From a virus (taxonomy: Duplodnaviria; Caudoviricetes): a stretch of 30,224 nt of DNA. The notes beneath the pieces are model-generated. The model searched no databases, had not been told where the DNA came from, and saw only the letters and a program-made list of their open reading frames with translations. Position numbers and translations under genes: made by a program. Of the stretch, positions 18,656 to 25,555 are shown piece by piece; the stretch's first letter is position 1; every line of letters starts with the position of its first letter. The stretch is taken from positions 1 to 30,224 of the IMG/VR virus record IMGVR_UViG_3300023105_000124, one strand, 5' to 3'.

Positions 18656-19501
18656 ATGAGAAAACACAATTATTTAAACAACAAGGATATTTTATCCGAA
18701 ATACACAAATCAAAAAGTAGTTTTTGCAGTTACACTGAAGATGATTTTCATCAATATGATTTGATCATCCCTTTACAAGGTCCGCACGGTACCCTAGACG
18801 AAGGACTGCAAAAAATAAACATTAGAACTATAGCCGAAGCAAAAAGAAATAAAGCAAAAAGAATTCAAAATCAAAACTTTGACGCTGCTAAGGCCCAAGG
18901 ACAAAAAGTTAAGTTAGCTGATTTCGAAGTCAACTGGAAAAAAATAGATAAAAAAGACTTAGTTTTTAGAATAATGACTTATAATCATATACCTGACGAA
19001 CCAGGTCGTAAAAAAACGCCAAAAACAGTTGCTGACACAAAAACAAAATTAAATTTTCCGCCATATCAACATTACAAGTTTAACGAAAACGATGATTTAG
19101 TGTGTGTAGGCAAAAGTCATTGGGAAGGCGGTATGGAAAACGGGTATTTTAACAAACAAAGCGGAAAAGTTACCAATAAGCTTGCTCACATGTGGATGAA
19201 ACTATGTGAAAGATATGCAACTAGAGGAAATGTAAGAGGCTATACATATAATGACGAAATGCGTGGACAAGCGATCTTACAATTAACTCAAATAGGGTTA
19301 CAATTTGACGAATCAAAAAGTCAAAATCCTTTTGCTTACTATACTGCTGCTGTAACAAACTCTTTTGTTCGTGTCATAAACTTAGAAAAACGTAATCAAA
19401 ATATAAGAGATGATATTTTAGAAATGAACGACATGACTCCGAGCTATACTAGGCAAAGCCAACGTGAATGGGATGCAAATAATTCATCACAAAAAAGTTG
19501 A
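18656..19501 (+). CDS. gp55: Late-transcription sigma factor, T4 gp55-like, with large insertion
   Basis: N-terminal HNYLNNKDIL and C-terminal NVRGYTYNDEM...QFDESKSQNPFAYYT...NSFVRVINLEK match gp55 motifs. gp55-47-46 order as in T4-like phages. Confidence 0.88.
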   Translation: MRKHNYLNNKDILSEIHKSKSSFCSYTEDDFHQYDLIIPLQGPHGTLDEGLQKINIRTIAEAKRNKAKRIQNQNFDAAKAQGQKVKLADFEVNWKKIDKKDLVFRIMTYNHIPDEPGRKKTPKTVADTKTKLNFPPYQHYKFNENDDLVCVGKSHWEGGMENGYFNKQSGKVTNKLAHMWMKLCERYATRGNVRGYTYNDEMRGQAILQLTQIGLQFDESKSQNPFAYYTAAVTNSFVRVINLEKRNQNIRDDILEMNDMTPSYTRQSQREWDANNSSQKS

Positions 19502-19526
19502 CCTTTTTTTAAAGTTATTTTATACT
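19498..19526 (+). promoter_or_regulatory. sigma70-type promoter for gp47-SDR-gp46
   Basis: TTGACC (19498-19503), 17 nt, TATACT (19521-19526). GAGG RBS at 19543-19546 precedes the TTG start at 19552. Confidence 0.75.
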
Positions 19527-19551
19527 AAACTATAATTTATATGAGGTAATT

Positions 19552-20562
19552 TTGTTTAAAAAAGCAGCTATCTTTACTGATATACATCTCGGTTTAAAAA
19601 GCAATAGTAAAATACATAATCAAGATTGTGAAGAATTTGTTGATTGGTTTATTGATACAGCAAAAGATAACAATTGCGAAACTGCTATCTTTTGTGGCGA
19701 CTGGCATCATAATCGAAGTAGTGTAAACTTGTCTACACTAGACACAACGGTAAGATGTTTAGAAAAATTAGGCAATTCGTTTGACAATGTAATAATGTTT
19801 GTAGGTAATCACGACTTATATTATAAAGATCGTAGAGATGTTACTTCTACAACCTTTGCAAAACACATTCCAGGCATTACAGTAATAGATGAATTTACCG
19901 AAATAGAAGATGTAGCATTTGTTCCGTGGTTAGTTGGACCTGAATGGAAGAAAATTGAAAAGTCAAAATCAAAATATATGTTTGGTCATTTTGAACTGCC
20001 TACATTTTTAATGAATGCTCATGTTCAAATGCCAGAACACGGTGATTTACGAGCTTCTCATTTTATAAATCAAAAATATGTTTTCAGTGGACACTTTCAT
20101 AAAAGACAAGTTAAAGGTAATATACATTATATCGGCAATGCTTTCCCTCATAATTACTCAGATGCTTGGGACGATGAACGAGGAATGGTTGTTTTAGATA
20201 GAGAAAACAACGGCGAACCGATTTATATTGATTGGCCGAACTGTCCGAAATACAGAACTGTTACTCTTTCTCAGTTACTTGATCCCGAAAACAACATAAT
20301 TCAAGACAAAATGTATCTTAGAGTATCTATTGATATTCCAATTTCTTACGAAGAAGCAAGTTTTATTAAGGACACTTATATAAAACAGCACAATTGTAGA
20401 GAAATTACTCTCATACCACAAAAACAATTAGACGAAATATCTACCGAACTTGATATTAGTAAGTTTGAAAGTGTTGATGAAATTGTTACTAAAGAAATTA
20501 CTGCAATCGATTCTGAAGCATTTAATCAAAAAATGCTTTTAGACATTTACAAGGATTTATAA
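19552..20562 (+). CDS. gp47: Recombination endonuclease subunit (Mre11/SbcD-like)
   Basis: Metallophosphoesterase motifs TDIHLG, GDWHH, GNHD, GHFE and SGHFH. Confidence 0.95.
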   Translation: MFKKAAIFTDIHLGLKSNSKIHNQDCEEFVDWFIDTAKDNNCETAIFCGDWHHNRSSVNLSTLDTTVRCLEKLGNSFDNVIMFVGNHDLYYKDRRDVTSTTFAKHIPGITVIDEFTEIEDVAFVPWLVGPEWKKIEKSKSKYMFGHFELPTFLMNAHVQMPEHGDLRASHFINQKYVFSGHFHKRQVKGNIHYIGNAFPHNYSDAWDDERGMVVLDRENNGEPIYIDWPNCPKYRTVTLSQLLDPENNIIQDKMYLRVSIDIPISYEEASFIKDTYIKQHNCREITLIPQKQLDEISTELDISKFESVDEIVTKEITAIDSEAFNQKMLLDIYKDL

Positions 20563-21101
20563 TGTTAATATCAGGAAATAAAGAGTTTGGCGTAGCTAAA
20601 TCTCTGCACACATTGTACCCCGATGCTGTTTTTTGTAGCAGAACTACCGGTTACGACTTGTGCTCGTATGACGGACAATATAGATTTGCCATAGAATCCC
20701 TCAATCATAGCGTGATAATTATATGTTCAGCTTTGTGGAAATTTCATCAAACAAACTTATTAGACGAAGTTTATAAATCTTGCGTAAAAAATGATCATAA
20801 TCCTCATATTATTACCATAGGCAGTACTACCGATAGAACTAAAAGTGGTAAAGTTTGGAGATACAATGCAGAAAAGAAAGCATTAAGAGACTATTCTAAC
20901 TCTATTTCCCTCGGCGGAGTATGGGATAAAAAACCAAAATTAACATATATAAGCTTTGGCACGTTATCTAACAATCAAAATAAACATCCTGATCGAAAAT
21001 GTCTTGACATTGATAACGCTGTAAGCTATATTAAGTGGATAATCGATCAACCTAAAGACATTTGTATTAATGAAATTAGTATTGATCCGAAACAATTTTA
21101 G
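20562..21101 (+). CDS. Minimal short-chain dehydrogenase/reductase-like (Rossmann) protein
   Basis: LISGNKEFGVAKSL (degenerate TGxxxGxG), IITIGS (catalytic Ser region), YNAEK (YxxxK) and C-terminal INEISI. TAATG coupling to gp47. Confidence 0.75.
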   Translation: MLISGNKEFGVAKSLHTLYPDAVFCSRTTGYDLCSYDGQYRFAIESLNHSVIIICSALWKFHQTNLLDEVYKSCVKNDHNPHIITIGSTTDRTKSGKVWRYNAEKKALRDYSNSISLGGVWDKKPKLTYISFGTLSNNQNKHPDRKCLDIDNAVSYIKWIIDQPKDICINEISIDPKQF

Positions 21102-21104
21102 TAT

Positions 21105-22880
21105 ATGTCAATTATTTTAAAAGATTTAACTGTTAAAAACTTTATGAGCGTCGGAAATCAAACCCAAGCAGTGCGGTTTGATCAAGAACAGCTCACTCTA
21201 GTGCTTGGTGAAAACTTAGACCAAGGAGGTGATGATTCTGGATCACGAAACGGGACGGGCAAAACTACAATAATTAATGCATTGTCTTACGCTCTCTACG
21301 GCCAAGCACTAACTAATATCAAAAGAAACAACCTTATTAACAAAACTAACTCAAAACACATGTTAGTAACGTTGAATTTTGAAAAAAATAATGTTCAATA
21401 CCGTATCGAGCGTGGTAGATCGCCAACATTTACTAAATTTTATGTTAACAACGAAGAACAAGAGCTTACAGACGAGTCACAAGGCGACTCTCGCAAGACT
21501 CAAGAGTCGATTAATGAGCTTTTAGGTATGAGTCACGATATGTTTAAGCATATTGTGGCGCTTAATACCTATTCCGAGCCATTTTTAGCAATGCGTACTA
21601 ACGATCAGCGTGCAATTATTGAACAATTGCTCGGTATTACCATACTTTCTGAAAAAGCTGAAGTTCTAAAAGAAAAAATTAGAGAAACAAAAACTAATAT
21701 TGACTCAGAAACTAACAAAATCCATGCAATTCAGTCAGCAAATGAGAAAATTGAAGAAACAATTGCTAGTTTAGGTGGTACTCAACGTGCTTGGCAAGCA
21801 AAAAGAAAGCAAGATATTGAAAAATTACAAGCTGCTATCGATGAATTAGGCAAACTAGACATTAATACTGAAATTGAGAGTCATGAAAAGCTACAAAATT
21901 GGCAAACAACCAATACTGAACTTGAAAATTTACAAAAAGAACGTGTAGCTTTAGAGTCTGCTCACCAAAGAGCACAAAAAACCGTAGACAAAATAGAAAA
22001 AGATATTCAAGATCTCGAAGACGCAGTATGTTATGCTTGCGATCAACCACTACATGACGACAAAAAACAAGAAATTCTTGCAAAAAAGACCGAAGAGCTA
22101 AACGAATCTGCAAAATATTTGCAAGAAATTATCGAAACGCTTGATAAAACACAAAAAAATATCGCTGATATTGGTGAATTAGCAAGTAAGCCTAAAGTTT
22201 TTTATGAATCTATGAAGGAAGCATACGAACATAGACAAAACATTGATAGTCTTTTGCAAAGTCTTGAAGCAAAACAGGCCGAAACTGACCCTTATAAGGC
22301 TCAGATTGATGAATTAACTAATACGGCACTTCAAGAAATTAATTGGAATACTGTAAACGAACTTACAAACTATCAAGAACACCAAGAATTTCTATTAAAA
22401 CTACTTACAAACAAAGATAGTTTCATAAGAAAGAAGATTATTGATCAAAATTTAGCATATTTAAACAATAGACTAACATCTTATCTTAATAAACTTGGAC
22501 TTCCGCATCAAGTTGCTTTTCAAAATGATCTAAATGTAGAAATTACGCAACTAGGACAGGATTTAGACTTTGATAATTTGAGTCGAGGCGAACGTAATAG
22601 ACTTATACTTGGATTAAGTTTTGCATTTAGAGACGTATGGGAAAATCTATATCAAAATATCAACTTATTGTTTATCGATGAGCTGATAGACAGCGGTATG
22701 GACTCAGCTGGTGTTGAAAATGCACTAGGTGTAATCAAACACATGGGTAGAGAAGGAAGAAAAAATGTTTTTCTTATCTCACACAAAGATGAATTAGTGG
22801 GAAGAGTAAATCATGTTCTCAAAGTGATAAAAGAATCAGGATTTACTTCTTATTCAACAGACTTGGACGTTGTAGAATGA
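21105..22880 (+). CDS. gp46: Recombination ATPase subunit (Rad50/SbcC-like)
   Basis: Walker A GSRNGTGKTT, coiled coil with CYAC zinc hook, signature LSRGE, Walker B LLFIDE and H-loop ISHK. Confidence 0.96.
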   Translation: MSIILKDLTVKNFMSVGNQTQAVRFDQEQLTLVLGENLDQGGDDSGSRNGTGKTTIINALSYALYGQALTNIKRNNLINKTNSKHMLVTLNFEKNNVQYRIERGRSPTFTKFYVNNEEQELTDESQGDSRKTQESINELLGMSHDMFKHIVALNTYSEPFLAMRTNDQRAIIEQLLGITILSEKAEVLKEKIRETKTNIDSETNKIHAIQSANEKIEETIASLGGTQRAWQAKRKQDIEKLQAAIDELGKLDINTEIESHEKLQNWQTTNTELENLQKERVALESAHQRAQKTVDKIEKDIQDLEDAVCYACDQPLHDDKKQEILAKKTEELNESAKYLQEIIETLDKTQKNIADIGELASKPKVFYESMKEAYEHRQNIDSLLQSLEAKQAETDPYKAQIDELTNTALQEINWNTVNELTNYQEHQEFLLKLLTNKDSFIRKKIIDQNLAYLNNRLTSYLNKLGLPHQVAFQNDLNVEITQLGQDLDFDNLSRGERNRLILGLSFAFRDVWENLYQNINLLFIDELIDSGMDSAGVENALGVIKHMGREGRKNVFLISHKDELVGRVNHVLKVIKESGFTSYSTDLDVVE

Positions 22881-23107
22881 CTGAAGACTCAAATAACGAA
22901 GAAGAAACAACGCATGAAAAATTAGTTAAAGAGTATCTAAGATATTACGATACTAATATAAAATTTCAAAGCAGGCACAGTTTTAGAACACACCGATCAA
23001 GCAGAAGGCACTTAAGAAATATTATCAAATTAGCTAGAGAAAGGCAAAAAGAAATACACGAAGAATACGCAAAAAATAAAAAAACCAGAAACAAAGGCAC
23101 TGACTAA
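22877..23107 (+). CDS. Small basic helical protein, resembles phage histone H1-like (Hc1-type) proteins
   Basis: ATGA overlap with gp46. HEKLVKEY..Y...N.KF.......RSSRRHLRNIIKLARERQKEI resembles the Hc1-type R.R..L....KL...R..EI pattern (recalled, not searched). Confidence 0.55.
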   Translation: MTEDSNNEEETTHEKLVKEYLRYYDTNIKFQSRHSFRTHRSSRRHLRNIIKLARERQKEIHEEYAKNKKTRNKGTD

Positions 23108-23571
23108 GGCATGAATATAAACATTATATGGAATGGACCTATAAAGGCAATGTAATCGATAGTTTACCTGATAACTGTGAAGGTTTTGTATATGTGATTA
23201 CAAATACAGTTAACGGTAAGCAATATATAGGCAAGAAATACGCAAAATCTACAAAAACTCGACCACCTCTTAAAGGAAAGAAAAACAAAAGGCGTACAAA
23301 AGTAGAAAGTGATTGGAGAGACTACTGGGGTTCTTCTGATCATTTAACAAAAGACATAGAAAATTTAGGCAAAGAAAAATTTACAAGAGAAATACTTTAC
23401 ATTTGTCCCAGTAGAGGCATTGCAAGTTATTTAGAAGCACGAGAACAATTTGAAAGGCGAGTTTTAGAATCTGACAATTACTATAACGGAATAATAAACG
23501 TTAGGATAGGCAGTTCTAAAATATTAAAGGAGTACCTAGGCAATGAAACAGGTAAAACAAAACTTTAGGCA
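22973..23571 (+). repeat. Dispersed same-strand AGGCA motif cluster (12 exact copies plus 2 AGGCG)
   Basis: AGGCA starts at 22973, 23006, 23042, 23095, 23107, 23145, 23229, 23367, 23415, 23508, 23538 and 23567. AGGCG at 23290 and 23455. Confidence 0.8.
23128..23568 (+). CDS. GIY-YIG (Seg-like) endonuclease, catalytic domain only
   Basis: GFVYVITNTVNGKQYIGKK, YWGSS, FTREIL, EAREQ and YYNG motifs. 146 aa with no C-terminal DNA-binding module. Confidence 0.9.
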   Translation: MEWTYKGNVIDSLPDNCEGFVYVITNTVNGKQYIGKKYAKSTKTRPPLKGKKNKRRTKVESDWRDYWGSSDHLTKDIENLGKEKFTREILYICPSRGIASYLEAREQFERRVLESDNYYNGIINVRIGSSKILKEYLGNETGKTKL

Positions 23572-23589
23572 AGCCATGCAGCACATAAG

Positions 23590-23940
23590 GTTAGCGGGCC
23601 GGATATAAAACCGCTGTGGAAAAGTCAGGGAGCAGACCTGAACACGTAACATGTTAAGCCAACACCCAGAGGTGGTAAGTTAACATAGGTTGATTGCTGT
23701 CAATCACAAACACACTAGTTCATAAAAACTGTGCAAGTAGGAACGAGAGCACAGGTATCGCATTCGTGCGTGATGTCGACGTAGGTTGGGAAAGGTCAGA
23801 GCCCATTGAACGTGTGTATAAAACAAATACCTACTTCCATGTCACGGGTGGTGATACTCACAGGAAAACAAAAATTTTCTTTATGACGGAGCCGTAATAG
23901 GTTCCGTCTGAGCAGCTTAATCTACAGGAATCTTTCTTCC
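23590..23940 (+). ncRNA. Putative structured noncoding RNA, family not recognised (ends approximate)
   Basis: Locally GC-richer intergenic DNA tiled by about ten stems, e.g. AGCGG/CCGCT, TCAGG/CCTGA, ATGTTAA/TTAACAT, TGATTG/CAATCA, CTGTGC/GCACAG, CGCA-TTCG-TGCG, GTAGGT/ACCTAC and GACGGAGCC/GGTTCCGTC. The UUCG loop and G-U pairs favour the + strand. Confidence 0.7.
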
Positions 23941-23948
23941 CGAGTACC

Positions 23949-24074
23949 TAAAAAAATCTAAAAAAGACTTTTTAAAACAATCAAAAAGCGTATTAGTACG
24001 AAGTAAGTTGTTGAGTTTGATTTGCGATAGCGATAGCTGAGCAAACAAACGAAGACATGGATCAACGTAGTTGA
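23949..24074. other. A-tract segment followed by a cluster of GNA/GATA-loop mini-hairpins (origin-like or other ssDNA signal)
   Basis: A-tracts at 23950, 23960, 23974 and 23983. TAC-GAA-GTA (23997-24005), AGC-GATA-GCT (24029-24038) inside GTTTG(A)TTTGC/GCAAACAAAC (24015-24050), and TCAAC-GTA-GTTGA (24062-24074). Confidence 0.45.
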
Positions 24075-24077
24075 GAC

Positions 24078-24084
24078 ATAAATA
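24078..24084 (+). promoter_or_regulatory. Late promoter core ATAAATA for the 24113/25555 gene pair
   Basis: CATAAATACATATAAATTATGATATAAGGAATACCCATG, with an AAGGA RBS. Confidence 0.7.
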
Positions 24085-24112
24085 CATATAAATTATGATA
24101 TAAGGAATACCC

Positions 24113-25555
24113 ATGAAAGCACAAGAATTTGTAGTAATTGTTGAACAAGACGAACCAACAACATTAGCAAAGAATATGTTTAAACAAATTTCTAGTAGAT
24201 TTCCTGAAATAGACCCCAATTCTCCTGGTGCTGAACAACAATATTATAAAGCTAATACTAAATTTTATGATAAAAAAATTAAAAAAATAAAAAAACAACT
24301 GCGTGATCCAAAATTTCGTATAATGTGGGGGTCATTACAAAACCAGCTTGAATCTTATTTAGAGCGTCAAAATAAGGATGCTGATTACATAAGACGATTC
24401 TACGGTAAACCTAGTATGGTTTACAGCGATCCTATAAAAAAGACGCCGTCAACAGGTAGCAGCAGTACTACAGCTAGGAGTACTCCGGAGCCTCAACCTA
24501 AACCAACTACATATGAACCGCAAACGCCACAAGAAGCTAAACAAATTCAGCAACAAGTAGTAACAGCAAAAAGACGACAGTCAAAACTAAGTAAACTAAT
24601 GGACTTTACTAATAAAAAACTAGACAACATGGGTGCACGAAACCCATTGTTTACTATCATAGCTGTACCGGCAGTGGTTGGTAATTATGCAAGAATACTC
24701 GAAGATTGGCACTCATATCTATTAGGTGTTCACCAAATAAAAAATAGTAAAAATCCAGTGCCGTGTGATAATCCTAGCTATAGTATAAATCGAGATGGAT
24801 TTGTTGACTTAAACTTTAATAACAAAGGTAGACAAGCAGAATTAATAAAAGCAGACGTAAAGATAAATGATCGTTGGTTTATGTTACCTGGCCAAACCGC
24901 TATTAGCGATCCAATGAGTTCTTTAAGAGATAAATTAACACCTGATGGTATATCTATACCAATTGGTACCGGTATTGAGCCGATATATTTGATTCCTGCA
25001 CGTAGTGATACAATAACAAGATCACCATTTACAGAAAGAATAAGCGAAGAATTATTTGCTACTATACCTACTTTACTTGTAGGTACAATAGTAGGTATAT
25101 CAATTATACGAGGGATTGCACTAGCAGTAAGCGGCATTATAGCAGGTTCTGGTGTAGGGTTCTTTGCTGGAGTAGTAAGCGCAATTGTGTCTGTTGGCGT
25201 CGGCTGGTTGTTGACTATGTTAATTAACAAATTTATCAAAGAGTTCCAAGCAGACGAAAAAGGAAAAATGATAACCGAACCAATGGCAGTAATGATTATG
25301 AAAGAGTTTGGTAGTAATGAATACATTGATTTTGTATGTAGTACAAAGACAAACGAAGCTGCTGAACCTGATGCAGATATAATCGATAATGAAACCGGCG
25401 ACAAAGTTCAAAACATGGATTTTTCTAGTGTGATAGATCAAAGTACTGCTATAGAAATAGAAAGTATGTTTGAAAACGTTATTACAAGTCTTCAAAAAGA
25501 ATTAACAGGAAAAAAATTACGCACATTAGAACAAATTATGAAAAAGGCTGCATAA
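24113..25555 (+). CDS. Hypothetical membrane protein, candidate internal head (ejected) protein
   Basis: 480 aa. Starts MKAQEFVVIVE, has a P/T/S-rich linker and a long Gly-rich hydrophobic stretch (LLVGTIVGISIIRGIALAVSGIIAGSGVGFFAGVVSAIVSVGVGWLLTMLI). Late promoter upstream. Confidence 0.75.
   Translation: MKAQEFVVIVEQDEPTTLAKNMFKQISSRFPEIDPNSPGAEQQYYKANTKFYDKKIKKIKKQLRDPKFRIMWGSLQNQLESYLERQNKDADYIRRFYGKPSMVYSDPIKKTPSTGSSSTTARSTPEPQPKPTTYEPQTPQEAKQIQQQVVTAKRRQSKLSKLMDFTNKKLDNMGARNPLFTIIAVPAVVGNYARILEDWHSYLLGVHQIKNSKNPVPCDNPSYSINRDGFVDLNFNNKGRQAELIKADVKINDRWFMLPGQTAISDPMSSLRDKLTPDGISIPIGTGIEPIYLIPARSDTITRSPFTERISEELFATIPTLLVGTIVGISIIRGIALAVSGIIAGSGVGFFAGVVSAIVSVGVGWLLTMLINKFIKEFQADEKGKMITEPMAVMIMKEFGSNEYIDFVCSTKTNEAAEPDADIIDNETGDKVQNMDFSSVIDQSTAIEIESMFENVITSLQKELTGKKLRTLEQIMKKAA

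Noticed and set aside
2198-22113. Short nested or antisense ORFs (63-97 aa) inside the giant wedge, gp6, gp5, hub and gp46 genes
   Set aside because: Fully overlapped by long motif-bearing genes, with no independent motifs noticed.
22973-23571. CRISPR-like or other repeat-spacer array
   Set aside because: The repeat is only 5 nt, spacing is irregular (12-138 nt), and it lies inside intact ORFs; reported as a motif cluster instead.
23614-23630. RNase P RNA (GGAAAAGTC resembles GAGGAAAGUCC)
   Set aside because: The match is imperfect and no convincing 3' P4 strand (ACAGAA...CGGCUUA) was found.
23694-23897. 67-aa plus-strand ORF
   Set aside because: TTG start, atypical composition, and it lies wholly within the hairpin-tiled region; probably incidental.
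23885-23908. Group II intron domain V (GAGCCG...GGTTC), with GTGCG at 23766
   Set aside because: The hairpin is much shorter than domain V, lacks the bulge and upper stem, has no domain VI after it, and the two motifs are only ~120 nt apart.
23569-23940. Group I intron hosting the GIY-YIG gene (GGTCAGAGCCCA at 23794 resembles the R element)
   Set aside because: No complementary S/P7 strand found downstream, and no interrupted host gene: the flanking ORFs are complete.
23917-24219. 100-aa minus-strand ORF
   Set aside because: Antisense to the start, RBS and promoter of the 480-aa gene, with no recognisable motif.
24778-25495. Antisense ORFs of 208 and 91 aa
   Set aside because: Shadow ORFs opposite a well-supported gene.
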